Positions 19,127 to 29,349 of a stretch of DNA of 64,000 nucleotides are shown here, piece by piece. How positions within the stretch are numbered: the first letter of the stretch is position 1; each line of letters begins with the position of its first letter. The translations under genes and the position numbers were made by a program. Origin of the DNA: Candidatus Pampinifervens sinense (GTDB taxonomy: Bacteria; Aquificota; Aquificia; Aquificales; Aquificaceae); assembly GCA_037927135.1 (NCBI GenBank), contig JAXSPP010000009.1:1-64000 (forward strand). The letters run 5' to 3'. A model generated the notes under the pieces. That model was not told the origin of the DNA and did not search any database. It was given only the letters and a program-made list of their open reading frames with translations.

Positions 19127-19768
19127 ATGAACGAAGAGGTAAGGGAGGGCTTAGAAGAGAAGGGTGAGTTTGGCAGGTTGCTAAAGTACACCGTTGGAGG
19201 GTATGTTGGTGGGCTTTCCCTTGGGGCTTTGCTGGATTTTCTAGGCTATCAGCGCAACCCTGTCGGAGAATGGGCAGTTCGCACCCTTTCGGGAGAAGGA
19301 GAAAGTATCTTTGAAGGGGTTTATGCCTTACGTCAAAGGCTTAGTGGTGTGGCAGGGTCTATGGCGGAGGCCTACGGATGGGGCAAGTTTTTGGGAATGG
19401 CTTTCCCATGGTTTATTGACTGGGGAAGTCGTCTCTTTGGTATAAACGTTTATGGAGTGGAAGGCTTTTACATTCCGTACTTTTATGCACTCAGCGACCA
19501 GATAGGAGCCAACATATCTGGGTTTATCTATCTTTACAGAAAGGAAGGATCTTTGTTAAAGGCCATAAGCCAGTATATTCGTCATCCGGTGATGCTTACC
19601 AGTCTATTGATTATTTTGATTGTTCCAATAGGATTGCTTATAGCCCGCCTTATAGGCTTTAGCCCAACCACACAGGTCTATACGGCCTTAGAAACGATTG
19701 CGGCAAATCTTTGCTGGCTTCCCCCTTTGGTGGGATGGCTGAAGGAAAGACTTGATGCTAAAATATAA
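19127..19768 (+). CDS. Hypothetical membrane protein
   Basis: 213-aa Gly-rich ORF with several hydrophobic segments and its own TAAAAT box. Confidence 0.7.
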   Translation: MNEEVREGLEEKGEFGRLLKYTVGGYVGGLSLGALLDFLGYQRNPVGEWAVRTLSGEGESIFEGVYALRQRLSGVAGSMAEAYGWGKFLGMAFPWFIDWGSRLFGINVYGVEGFYIPYFYALSDQIGANISGFIYLYRKEGSLLKAISQYIRHPVMLTSLLIILIVPIGLLIARLIGFSPTTQVYTALETIAANLCWLPPLVGWLKERLDAKI

Positions 19769-19774
19769 ACCTTA

Positions 19775-21367
19775 ATGAAAAAGGTTCTAATTCTTGGCAG
19801 TGGTCCCAATAGGATAGGTCAGGGTATTGAGTTTGATTATGCCTGCGTGCATGCCGTTTTTGCGCTAAAGGAGCAGGGCATAAGGACCATAATGTTAAAC
19901 TGCAATCCGGAGACGGTCTCCACCGATTACGATACGGCCGATGCCCTCTACTTTGAGCCCATAGTGCTTGAAAACGTTTTGGAAGTGATACGCAGAGAGA
20001 AGCCCGATGGGGTCTTTTTGCAGTTTGGGGGCCAAACGCCTCTAAAACTCTCCTTACCTCTTAAAAACCTTGGTATAAACATCCTTGGCACACCGCCGGA
20101 AAGCATAGACATGGCCGAAGACAGAGAACTCTTCAGAAACCTCATAAACTCCCTTGGGATAAAACAGCCCCCAAGCGGGACAGCAAGGACAAAAGAAGAA
20201 GCTTTAAAGATAGCACAAGAGCTTGGCTATCCTGTGCTTGTGAGGCCCTCTTATGTGCTTGGTGGTAGGGCAATGAGGATCGTTTACGATGAGGAGGAGC
20301 TTTTAAAGTATCTTGAGGAAGCAGTAAGCGTTAGCTACGAGAGGCCCATACTCATAGACAAGTACCTATCCGACAGCGTGGAGGTGGATGTGGATGCCAT
20401 TGGGGACGGTGAAGATTACCTCATAGGTGCGGTCATGGAACACATAGAAGAGGCTGGAGTCCATTCGGGAGACAGCGCAGCCAGCATACCACCCTACACC
20501 CTCTCAAGAGAGATTGTAGAAGAGATAAAAAGGCAGTCAAAGCTTATAGCCAAGGCCCTAAAAGTAAAAGGCCTTGTAAACTTGCAGTTTGCCGTAAAGG
20601 ATGGAGAGGTTTATGTGCTGGAGGTAAACCCTAGGGCATCAAGGACTGTGCCCTTTGTGAGCAAGACCATTGGCTACCCCCTTGCCAAGCTATCGGCCCT
20701 TGTAGGCATAGGAAAAAGGCTAAGGGATCTGGTGCCGGAGGTCTTTGAAAGGCTATCTCAAGGGAGGGCCCACTTTGCCAGCGACTTTATGCCGGCGGAC
20801 AAAAACATATACTCGGTCAAAGAAGTGGTCTTTCCTTGGAACAGGTTTCCAGAAGAAGACCCAGTGCTAGGTCCTGAGATGAAAAGCACCGGTGAGGTGA
20901 TGGGCATTGCGGAAGACTTTGGCCTGGCCTACTATAAGGCACAGCTTGCAGCAGGAAGCAGGCTACCCTTAAAGGGCAAAGTATTCATAAGCGTGGCAGA
21001 CAGGGACAAGCCAAAGATAGTGGACTTGGTAAAGGGCTTTTTGGAGCTTGGCTTTGAGGTGTATGCCACAACGGGCACCTACAGATTTTTGAAGGAAAAG
21101 GGCCTTGATGTAAAGCATGTGCTAAAGGTGTCAGAAGGAAGGCCCAACGTGGTGGATATGATAAAGAACCAGGAGATAGACCTGATAATAAACACGCCCA
21201 CGGGCAGGAAAGAAAGGAGCGATGCATACCATATAAGGAGGTCTGCGGTCCAGTATAGGGTTCCTTACACCACTACTGTGAGAGGTGGCTATGCCATGCT
21301 TTTGGCCATAAGGAGCTATTTAAACTATGGGGGAAGGCTAAAAGTTTATGCCTTGCAGGACCTATGA
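19775..21367 (+). CDS. carB: Carbamoyl-phosphate synthase large subunit, C-terminal half (split carB)
   Basis: GSGPNRIGQGIEFDY, NPETVSTDYD, RPSYVLGG, EVNPRASRT, LGPEMKSTGE, MGS domain; only 530 aa. Confidence 0.95.
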   Translation: MKKVLILGSGPNRIGQGIEFDYACVHAVFALKEQGIRTIMLNCNPETVSTDYDTADALYFEPIVLENVLEVIRREKPDGVFLQFGGQTPLKLSLPLKNLGINILGTPPESIDMAEDRELFRNLINSLGIKQPPSGTARTKEEALKIAQELGYPVLVRPSYVLGGRAMRIVYDEEELLKYLEEAVSVSYERPILIDKYLSDSVEVDVDAIGDGEDYLIGAVMEHIEEAGVHSGDSAASIPPYTLSREIVEEIKRQSKLIAKALKVKGLVNLQFAVKDGEVYVLEVNPRASRTVPFVSKTIGYPLAKLSALVGIGKRLRDLVPEVFERLSQGRAHFASDFMPADKNIYSVKEVVFPWNRFPEEDPVLGPEMKSTGEVMGIAEDFGLAYYKAQLAAGSRLPLKGKVFISVADRDKPKIVDLVKGFLELGFEVYATTGTYRFLKEKGLDVKHVLKVSEGRPNVVDMIKNQEIDLIINTPTGRKERSDAYHIRRSAVQYRVPYTTTVRGGYAMLLAIRSYLNYGGRLKVYALQDL

Positions 21368-21888
21368 AGATAATCATCACTGGCGAGCCAGGAATAGGTA
21401 AGACCACCCTTATAAAAAGGCTTGTAAAGGCCCTGAAAGGCAAGGCTATAGGCTTTTGGACGGAAGAAGTGAGAGATCCACAGACAAAGAAGCGCACAGG
21501 TTTTAAGATAGTAACCACAGAGGGCAGAAGGTTGCTCTTTGCCAGCAAAACTTTCACATCAAAGCATCTTGTAGGATCTTATGGTGTGAATGTGGAGAGG
21601 TTTGAAAGCCTGGCACTGCCTATACTTCAAAAGGCTCTATCGGAAAAGAAGATAGTGGTGGTGGATGAGGTGGGTAAGATGGAGCTCTTTTCCAAGCCTT
21701 TCAAAGAGCTGATAAGACAGATCATTTACGATCCTACCAAAAGTTTTGTCATCACCATACCCATAAGGGATGTGGACCCACTTGTGGCCGAGATAAGAAG
21801 ACTCAGGGGTGCGGTGCTTTTAGAGATGACAAAAGAAAACAGGGATAGCTTGCTTGAGGATGTGCTGTACCTTTTAGAAAGTGCTTGA
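21364..21888 (+). CDS. THEP1/NTPase_1 family nucleoside triphosphatase
   Basis: ITGEPGIGKTT, GFWTEE, VVDEVGKME. Confidence 0.92.
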   Translation: MKIIITGEPGIGKTTLIKRLVKALKGKAIGFWTEEVRDPQTKKRTGFKIVTTEGRRLLFASKTFTSKHLVGSYGVNVERFESLALPILQKALSEKKIVVVDEVGKMELFSKPFKELIRQIIYDPTKSFVITIPIRDVDPLVAEIRRLRGAVLLEMTKENRDSLLEDVLYLLESA

Positions 21889-21933
21889 CTTCTATAAGGA
21901 TTGGTTTTAAATTGTTAAACAAGCGGAGGGGTG

Positions 21934-23334
21934 ATGAGGAGTGAAGGTGTAGATCTAATATTGCCTTTTGAGTGTAGCTTGCAGTTTGCACCTTGTTTTT
22001 CTAATGTTTCTCAAGGGGAGGACTTTTTGTCCGTACTATTGGAAATTATGGAAGGGGAGGGAAGTGGAAAGGCAAGCGACAACAAAAAACATGAAGCCTT
22101 TATTACATCTTTTGTGAATATTCCAAATATCATTCCACCTGTTAAGGTTGATGCTACTTTAGAGTTTCAGGATCAAGGTGCTGTAATTAATAGAGAGGAA
22201 AGCACTTATCAAAAAGTTTCAGTTCAAACAGAGGTAAAAGTATTTGTAGACAACGGTGAGTTTATAAAACTGTCTTGGGTACAGCAAGACGGTATAAAGT
22301 ATGCTGTATCCTTTGAAAAGGCTGAAGGGTCTGAGGAATTCCTCGGTTTTAAAAGTGATAAAAATGATAAGGTAATCACAGAAGGGTTTATATTAACACA
22401 TGAAAATACCAGCTTAAAGGAAGAAGAAAAAATTCAGACTACTAGCTTGTATAAGAAAGGCAAAAAGCTTATTACAAATAACGCAGAAGTAGTGCACCTT
22501 TTAAAGCCTATGGAGGTAGAAGGTTCACACAGGGGGAATAAGAGCAGTCAATATACTGTTAATCAGAAAGGTGGCGATAATGAGGTTTTTATAAACATTA
22601 GAGAACCAGGACAAGCTACCGAACAAAAAGATTCATACATTTTAGAACCTTTTAAAGACCCAGAATCTACAGCTACAAAGGAACTTTTAAAACCTTTACA
22701 ATCTTTTCAAAAAACGCAATTTGATAGCAAAGATATACCACTTGAAAATAAAACAGTAGAACAGAAGGTTTCCAATAAGGATGCTGTCCAGAGCTTTATT
22801 TTGGAAGATAGATCACAAAAGGATACATTAACACCCTTTGAAAAAAACGCATCTTCATGGGAAGAGTATCAAAAGGTAAAAAGTGAATACAAGGAAGAGA
22901 GATCTTTGGATGAACTAACGCTTCATAACTCTGTCCGTAAAGGAGAAGTAACACCTATTAAACAAGATGGTACAAAGGTAGAATCTGTAAGAAGGCAGGA
23001 GCCTGTTATAAACCACGAGCCAAAGCAGATAAGCATAAAGCTTGATGAGGCCTCCTTAAGGCTCAACCTTTTGGGAGACAGGCTCAGGCTCTCAATAAAC
23101 CTCAAGGAAGAGATCTATAGACAGCCTACCGAGTTTGAAGTCCAAAGGCTTGTGCAATCCTTACAAAGCCTTGGCTTCAACCTTGAGGCTTTGAAACTAA
23201 ACGGTAGCATGATCTACCATAGCGATCAAAGACAAAATAAAAGGGAAGATAAAGAAAGGAGCTTTTTAAGCGATGTAGGTGAAGGGAGCAAAGTTAGCAA
23301 AGAGGAAAAGAAGAGCTTTAGCCTATACCTTTAG
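21934..23334 (+). CDS. Possible flagellar hook-length control protein (FliK-like)
   Basis: Long low-complexity K/E/S/T-rich region followed by a C-terminal alpha/beta domain (ISIKLD..LRLNL..LVQSLQSLGFNLEALKLNG) and a charged tail. Confidence 0.5.
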   Translation: MRSEGVDLILPFECSLQFAPCFSNVSQGEDFLSVLLEIMEGEGSGKASDNKKHEAFITSFVNIPNIIPPVKVDATLEFQDQGAVINREESTYQKVSVQTEVKVFVDNGEFIKLSWVQQDGIKYAVSFEKAEGSEEFLGFKSDKNDKVITEGFILTHENTSLKEEEKIQTTSLYKKGKKLITNNAEVVHLLKPMEVEGSHRGNKSSQYTVNQKGGDNEVFINIREPGQATEQKDSYILEPFKDPESTATKELLKPLQSFQKTQFDSKDIPLENKTVEQKVSNKDAVQSFILEDRSQKDTLTPFEKNASSWEEYQKVKSEYKEERSLDELTLHNSVRKGEVTPIKQDGTKVESVRRQEPVINHEPKQISIKLDEASLRLNLLGDRLRLSINLKEEIYRQPTEFEVQRLVQSLQSLGFNLEALKLNGSMIYHSDQRQNKREDKERSFLSDVGEGSKVSKEEKKSFSLYL

Positions 23335-24824
23335 ATTTTAAAAAGTCTTAGCTTACTTAAAAGTTCAAGGAATACCTTGGCAAAGTATACATTGGAAACA
23401 AAGGAGGCTATGGTGCCTATGGTAAGGGTAGTGGCAAAGCCTTTTACTGGGCCACTACCAAACTGAAAGAGGATGAGGGCTGCAACCAATAGGGTTATAT
23501 GCGTGTCCCAAACGGCGCTTAGGGTCCTCCTGTAGCCAAGCTCTATTGCCTTTCTTACGCTGTTGCCAAGCCTTAGCTCTTCCTTTACCCTTTCAAAGAT
23601 GAGCACGTTGGAGTCCACTGCAATGCCCATGTTTAGGATTATGCCCGCAATGCCGGGCAGTGTTAAAGTCCCACCAAGAAGCACCAATCCAGCCCAAAGC
23701 ATGAGAGCATTGAGGAGTATGGAAAGGGTGGCAGTTATGCCAGAGGTTTTGTACCTAAATATGAGTAAAAGCACAAGAAGGACAAAGCCTATTATACCGG
23801 CTTTTATGCCTTGCTCTATGGCGTCCCTACCGAGGGAAGGCCCCACCACCGTCTCTTGGAGAAATTCTACCTTTGTAGGCAAGGCTCCAGCCCTTAGCAC
23901 AATGGCAAGCTCCTTTGCCTCTTCTGGTGTAAAGTTTCCGCTTATCTGACCCCTATCGCTTATCCTACTCCTTATCACCGGTGCAGAGATCACCTTTTTG
24001 TCAAGCACTATGGCAAGCCTTCTACCTATGTTCTTTTCCGTAGCCTCTGAAAAGGCTTGAGAACCCTTGTCTGTGAGTTCAAAGCCTACCGCCGGCATGC
24101 CAAACTCGTCTGTGCTAACATAAGCCGTCTTTAGGTCCGCTCCAGTTATGACAGGCACCTTTTCCAGCAAAAACCACTCAGCACCCTTTTGGTCTGGAAG
24201 AAGTTCATAGTCCCTTGTCAGCTTCTCTTGCAAGGCCTCCTTTGGACCAGAGTCTACAACCAGCTTTAGCTCCAAGAGGGCAGTTTTACCCACTATGGAT
24301 TTGGCCTTTTTTATGTCCAAAACGCCGGGAAGCTCCACCAATATCCTATCGGAGCCTATACGTGTTATAACGGGCTGTACCACACCAAGCTCATCAATCC
24401 TTTTCCTCAAAACCTCTATAGTCTGCGTAAGCACCCCACTTTTAAGCTGTTCTATCTCCGACTCCTTTAGCCTTAAGATCACTTCACCCCTTTGTCTAAA
24501 GATTTCAAACCTTGGAAATTCTTTCTCTAAAAGTGTAAAAAGCTTAGCATAATCACCCTCTTCTAAGAGCTCAATCCTTATCCCATCCTTTTGAGGCACC
24601 ACATCAAGCACCTTTATATCCCCCCTCCCCCTTATCTTCCTCTCTACATCCTTTGCGTACCTTTCATACTCCTGCTCAAGGCTGTAGTTTATGTCCGGCT
24701 GTATCACCATAGATATGCCACCCTTTAGATCAAGTCCAAGGTTTATAGGCCTTAAAAGGACAATGGCTATGCATAGAGAGACCAAAGCAAGCAAGAGGAT
24801 AAGGTTTAGTCTAAGGTCCTTCAT
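23331..24824 (-). CDS. secD: Protein translocase subunit SecD
   Basis: LGLDLKGG, RIDELGV, ILVELPG, LRAGALP, VGPSLG, AVDSNVLIFERVKEE, GPVKGFA. Confidence 0.97.
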   Translation of the reverse strand: MKDLRLNLILLLALVSLCIAIVLLRPINLGLDLKGGISMVIQPDINYSLEQEYERYAKDVERKIRGRGDIKVLDVVPQKDGIRIELLEEGDYAKLFTLLEKEFPRFEIFRQRGEVILRLKESEIEQLKSGVLTQTIEVLRKRIDELGVVQPVITRIGSDRILVELPGVLDIKKAKSIVGKTALLELKLVVDSGPKEALQEKLTRDYELLPDQKGAEWFLLEKVPVITGADLKTAYVSTDEFGMPAVGFELTDKGSQAFSEATEKNIGRRLAIVLDKKVISAPVIRSRISDRGQISGNFTPEEAKELAIVLRAGALPTKVEFLQETVVGPSLGRDAIEQGIKAGIIGFVLLVLLLIFRYKTSGITATLSILLNALMLWAGLVLLGGTLTLPGIAGIILNMGIAVDSNVLIFERVKEELRLGNSVRKAIELGYRRTLSAVWDTHITLLVAALILFQFGSGPVKGFATTLTIGTIASFVSNVYFAKVFLELLSKLRLFKI

Positions 24825-24845
24825 GTATGGGTAATTATCCTACAT

Positions 24846-25895
24846 TTAAAACACTTTTTCAAGTAGCACTCCCTCTAAAGCAGAAAGGTAGCACTCCAAA
24901 ACCCTTTGAGAATACTCTTTAAGGCTAAAAGGCTCTTTTGAAAGCTCGCTAGAAAGTAATTCTTTAAGCCTTGTGTAAAGATCCCTTTCATCTTTTACAG
25001 GAAAGCCAAGGCCTACCTTTTCAAGGAAGTCTTTTAGATCCTTTACATTGTGGGTGTGAGGTCCATAGAGGACTGGCTTTCCAAAGTAGGCAGGCTCCAA
25101 AAGGTTGTGCCCACCAACAGAGACAAAGGTGCCTCCCACAATAGCCACGTCCGCATAGGCATAAAGAGAAAAAAGCTCACCAAGGGTGTCCACCACAAGC
25201 ACATCCCAGTCTTCCTCTTGACTGCTTCTAAAACTTACCCTATAACCTTTGAAGACCTCCGCCACCTCTTTGGCCCTCTTTATATGCCTTGGTGCTATTA
25301 TTAGCTTGACGCCTTCAAAATCCCTTCTCAAAAGGTCAAAGGCTTTTTTTATGATCTCTTCCTCTCCCTGATGGGTGCTTCCAGCCACTATAAGCCTTGA
25401 GGCATGCACTTTTAATTCTACAGGCCTTGGCTCTTCAAGGACAAACTTTAGATTTCCACAGGGAATGACCTTTTTACAGCCATAGCCTTTAAACCTTTCT
25501 GCGGATGGCTCGTCTCTTGTGATAATTAAAGAGAACTTTTTAGATAGGCATCTTTCCAAAAGCCCTCCCTTTGTGTAGGCGTTTAGCCATACTTTTGGTG
25601 CTTTTGTAAATGTCAAAAGGGAGGGCCAGAGTTCTCTTTCCATAATGACTATGGCCACAGGTCTGATTTTCCTTTCAAAGGATATCACAAAAGGTGGAAG
25701 GTCAATGGGAAGTCTATAGAGCTTGTGAAAGTATGCCTTGCCCTCTTGGGTTTTCAGGTATTCTTTTGCCCTAAAGGAAAAATAGGTAAGAACTATTTCG
25801 TACTTTGGATAAAGCCTTTTTAGAAGTGGCCTTATGGTGTTAAACTCGCCTACGCTGGCAGTGTGAACCCACAGCCTATCTTTCTCTTTCTCCAC
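24846..25895 (-). CDS. waaA: 3-deoxy-D-manno-octulosonate (Kdo) transferase
   Basis: [42 protein letters not shown]; start approximate. Confidence 0.93.
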   Translation of the reverse strand: MEKEKDRLWVHTASVGEFNTIRPLLKRLYPKYEIVLTYFSFRAKEYLKTQEGKAYFHKLYRLPIDLPPFVISFERKIRPVAIVIMERELWPSLLTFTKAPKVWLNAYTKGGLLERCLSKKFSLIITRDEPSAERFKGYGCKKVIPCGNLKFVLEEPRPVELKVHASRLIVAGSTHQGEEEIIKKAFDLLRRDFEGVKLIIAPRHIKRAKEVAEVFKGYRVSFRSSQEEDWDVLVVDTLGELFSLYAYADVAIVGGTFVSVGGHNLLEPAYFGKPVLYGPHTHNVKDLKDFLEKVGLGFPVKDERDLYTRLKELLSSELSKEPFSLKEYSQRVLECYLSALEGVLLEKVF

Positions 25896-26976
25896 GAATG
25901 AATTCTTCCACCATCTTCCTTGCCTGCCAGTCGGGATACTGGATGGGTGGATGTTTCATGGTGTAGGCGCTTATGGAATAAAGGGGTCCTCCTATGCCCC
26001 TGTCCCTTGCCAGCTTACAGCACCTTATGGCATCAATCATTGATCCCGCACTGTTTGGTGAGTCTTCCACATCAAGCTTGACTTCCACATACATAGGCAC
26101 ATCGCCAAAAAGCCTACCTTCTATACGTATATAGGCTATCTTCCTGTCCTTTAGCCAGGGCACCCAGTCGGAAGGACCTATATGTATGTTCATTGGGTCC
26201 ATCTCGTAAGGTATGAGGGAAGATACCGCTTCCGTCTTTGAGACCTTTTTAGTCTTTAACCTCTCCCTCTCAAGCATGTTGAGAAAGTCCGTATTGCCAC
26301 CGAAGTTAAGCTGGTATGTTCTGTCAATCTTTACACCCCTGTCAAGGAAGAGCTGGACTAGGGTCCTGTGTAAAATGGTAGCACCAACCTGAGATTTTAT
26401 ATCGTCTCCCACCACAGGAATGCCTTCACTTTCAAATCTCTTTGCCCACTCTGGGTCGGAGACTATGAAGGTGGGCATACCGTTTATGAAGGAAACGCCA
26501 GCCCTAAGGCAGGCTTCCGCATAAAAGCGTGCAGCCTGTTCTGAACCAACGGGAACGTAGTTTATAAGTATGTCCGCTTGAGTCTCTTTTAGAACGCTTA
26601 CCACATCCTCTAGCTCATCCTCCTTTTCATCGGACAAAACAAAGCTTCTTTCCGGTGGATAGTTGGCCATATGAGGTGCATAGCCGTCCAACACCTTACC
26701 CTTCCTCACCTTTACACCCATTTTGGGAACATCTGGTTCAAAGATCGTTGTGCAATTGGGTGGTGCAAAGATAGCCTCTGATACATCTTTACCTACCTTT
26801 CTCGCATCAATGTCCCATGCGGCAACGATTTCAATGTCCCAGGGCTTGTATCCACCTACATCCTCAAACATAAGACCGCTTACACCCTCTTTGTGCTTTG
26901 CGTAGTAGTAGATGCCTTGAATTAGACTACTGGCACAGTTGCCAACGCCTGCTATTGCCACTCTTATTTTAGGCAT
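25876..26976 (-). CDS. ino1: Myo-inositol-1-phosphate synthase
   Basis: [39 protein letters not shown]. Confidence 0.95.
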   Translation of the reverse strand: MPKIRVAIAGVGNCASSLIQGIYYYAKHKEGVSGLMFEDVGGYKPWDIEIVAAWDIDARKVGKDVSEAIFAPPNCTTIFEPDVPKMGVKVRKGKVLDGYAPHMANYPPERSFVLSDEKEDELEDVVSVLKETQADILINYVPVGSEQAARFYAEACLRAGVSFINGMPTFIVSDPEWAKRFESEGIPVVGDDIKSQVGATILHRTLVQLFLDRGVKIDRTYQLNFGGNTDFLNMLERERLKTKKVSKTEAVSSLIPYEMDPMNIHIGPSDWVPWLKDRKIAYIRIEGRLFGDVPMYVEVKLDVEDSPNSAGSMIDAIRCCKLARDRGIGGPLYSISAYTMKHPPIQYPDWQARKMVEEFIRGERER

Positions 26977-27012
26977 ATCAACCTCCGCAGAAGCTTATAA
27001 TATTATAACAGG

Positions 27013-27501
27013 ATGAAGGTTCTTTTAGTTTTTTATTCAAAATTGCTCGGCGACAGCGATCTTCTTCAAAAGGTAAGCGAAAAGGTAAATATATTCAAAA
27101 GGCTTGTGGGTCCTGACAGCTTATATGCGGTCATAACCTCCGAGATGAAGGACTTTATAGATAAGTTCCCAGACCTAGTTTTCATAAGGAACGATAGGGG
27201 AACTTTCTTGTACGGTCTTTATAAGGGCTTGAGAAAGCTAAGGGGTAACGATGTGATGGTACTTGATCCATCTCAGATTATAAGCCTTGATAAGATAAAA
27301 GAATTTATAGGTAAAAGAAGGGTAAATGCTTTACATTTCTTAAATGAACACGGAAAGGGTATGGCGCTTTTTAGATTAATTGACCTTGATTACTTTATAA
27401 GGTCCTTAGAGTTTTTGCTCCTTGAAAAGGATGAAGAGGACCTCAGCACGCTTATGGAGAAGGTAAAACAAGATTATGGTATAGAATATGAAATGCTCTG
27501 A
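27013..27501 (+). CDS. Hypothetical protein, possibly a degenerate NTP-transferase (GT-A) fold
   Basis: 162-aa ORF; pattern FIRNDRGTFLYGLYKGLRKL..DVMVLD without GxGxR. Confidence 0.55.
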   Translation: MKVLLVFYSKLLGDSDLLQKVSEKVNIFKRLVGPDSLYAVITSEMKDFIDKFPDLVFIRNDRGTFLYGLYKGLRKLRGNDVMVLDPSQIISLDKIKEFIGKRRVNALHFLNEHGKGMALFRLIDLDYFIRSLEFLLLEKDEEDLSTLMEKVKQDYGIEYEML

Positions 27502-27513
27502 GGAGGTAAGATT

Positions 27514-28038
27514 ATGGAAGACATTGTGGTTGGCAAGTATGTGGTGAAAAGGGATAGGTATTACACAAAGGATCATGAATGGGCCCTTGTTAAAGGCAAC
27601 AAGGCATGGATCGGCATTACCGATTATGCACAAAAGGAACTGGGTGATGTGGTCTATATAGACCTGCCACAGGTAGGTGAATCTTATGAGAGCGGAGACA
27701 CTATAGCCAACGTGGAATCTGTAAAGAGTGTATCCCCTATATATGCACCCCTCTCTGGCACAGTGGTAGAGGTCAATGAAACCTTAAGCGATGAACCTCA
27801 TCTTATAAACGAATCTCCTTATGAGGATGGATGGATTGCAGTCATTGAGCTTTCTGATCCAATGGAGGTGGAAGACCTAATGCCAGCAGAAGACTATGCC
27901 CAGCTTCTTGCAGAGATAGTCAAGGAAGAAAAAGGAGAAGAGGTAAAGCTTGAAATGCCAGAGGAGGAAGAAAGGATAGAAGAGTCTTTAGAGGCATTGC
28001 CTGAGGAAGAACTGGGCTACGAAGAAAGGGAAAGGTAG
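27514..28038 (+). CDS. gcvH: Glycine cleavage H protein with acidic C-terminal tail
   Basis: YTKDHEW, GITDYAQKELGD, lipoyl motif VESVKS, NESPYEDGW. Confidence 0.93.
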   Translation: MEDIVVGKYVVKRDRYYTKDHEWALVKGNKAWIGITDYAQKELGDVVYIDLPQVGESYESGDTIANVESVKSVSPIYAPLSGTVVEVNETLSDEPHLINESPYEDGWIAVIELSDPMEVEDLMPAEDYAQLLAEIVKEEKGEEVKLEMPEEEERIEESLEALPEEELGYEERER

Positions 28039-29349
28039 ATGTACATACCCCACTCTGAAGAAGAAACTGAAAGGATTTTAAAAACGCTTGGCCTCTCCCG
28101 CCTTGAGGACCTCTTTTCACACATAGACCCTTCTCTACTTTCTGAACCTTCTTTGCCTCCACCAAAAAGTGAAGAAGAGATAAGAAGGTATATAAAAGAA
28201 TTGGGAAGTCAAAACGCAGAGCTTGTGTGTTTTGCAGGCTTTGGTGCCTACGATAGGATCGTTCCATCGGTTATATGGCAAATACTAAACAGGGGAGAGT
28301 TTTTGACAGCCTACACACCCTACCAGCCGGAGGCCTCTCAAGGAACCCTCCAGGCCATCTTTGAATACCAAAGCCTCATATGTGAGCTTACCAAGATGGA
28401 TGTGGCCAATGCAAGCATGTATGATGGTGCCTCTGCCCTTGCGGAAGCCATCTTGATGGCAAGGGCTATAAGGGGAAAGGGCAAAAGGGTTATACTTTCG
28501 GAGGGCATAAACCCTCTTTATAGACAGGTGGTAAGCACCTACCTTATGGGCTATAGGGATGAGATAGCCCTTTGCACTCTCACAGAAGAAGGCCATACGG
28601 ACCTTGATAGGCTGGAAAACCTTTTAAAGGATGGAGAGGTCCATGCACTTGCGGTGCAATATCCAAACTTTCTGGGCTTTGTGGAGCCACTAAGGGAGAT
28701 ATCTGAACTTTCCAAAAGGTATGAAGTACCACTGGTGGTGGTGGCGGACCCCATAGCCTTGAGTATTTTGAAGCCACCGGGAGAGTTTGGGGCTGACATT
28801 GTGGTGGGAGAGGGCCAGCAGATGGGAGTGCCTTTAAACTTTGGCGGTCCCTATGTGGGCTTTTTTGCCACAAGGATGGAGCATGTGAGAAGGATGCCCG
28901 GAAGGCTTGTAGGCATGGCGGAGGACATAGAAGGAAAGAGGGCCTTTACCCTTGTGTTGCAAACAAGAGAACAGCACATAAGAAGGGAGAGGGCCACATC
29001 CAACATATGCACCAATCAAAACCTCATAGCCCTTGCCAACCTCTTATACATGGTGCTTCTTGGAAAGGAAGGACTAAGGGAGGTGGCAATTCAAAGCCTC
29101 TCAAAGGCGTTTTACTTAAAAGAAAGGCTTTTAAGCCTTGGCTTTGAAGAGGTTTATAAAGGGAAACATCTTTGGGAGTTTCCACTAAGGCATGAAAAGA
29201 GTAAAGAGCTCTATCAAAAGGCCTTAAACTCCGGCTTCCTTTTTGGCGTGCCCCTTGATGACTTTGGGTATAAAAACACCTTACTTATAGCCATCACAGA
29301 AAAGAGGACAAGGGAGGAAATGGATAGGCTTGTACAGGTCCTTCTTTAA
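28039..29349 (+). CDS. gcvPA: Glycine dehydrogenase (decarboxylating) subunit 1
   Basis: TAYTPYQPEASQG, NASMYDGASA, QTREQHIRRERATSNICTNQ. Confidence 0.95.
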   Translation: MYIPHSEEETERILKTLGLSRLEDLFSHIDPSLLSEPSLPPPKSEEEIRRYIKELGSQNAELVCFAGFGAYDRIVPSVIWQILNRGEFLTAYTPYQPEASQGTLQAIFEYQSLICELTKMDVANASMYDGASALAEAILMARAIRGKGKRVILSEGINPLYRQVVSTYLMGYRDEIALCTLTEEGHTDLDRLENLLKDGEVHALAVQYPNFLGFVEPLREISELSKRYEVPLVVVADPIALSILKPPGEFGADIVVGEGQQMGVPLNFGGPYVGFFATRMEHVRRMPGRLVGMAEDIEGKRAFTLVLQTREQHIRRERATSNICTNQNLIALANLLYMVLLGKEGLREVAIQSLSKAFYLKERLLSLGFEEVYKGKHLWEFPLRHEKSKELYQKALNSGFLFGVPLDDFGYKNTLLIAITEKRTREEMDRLVQVLL

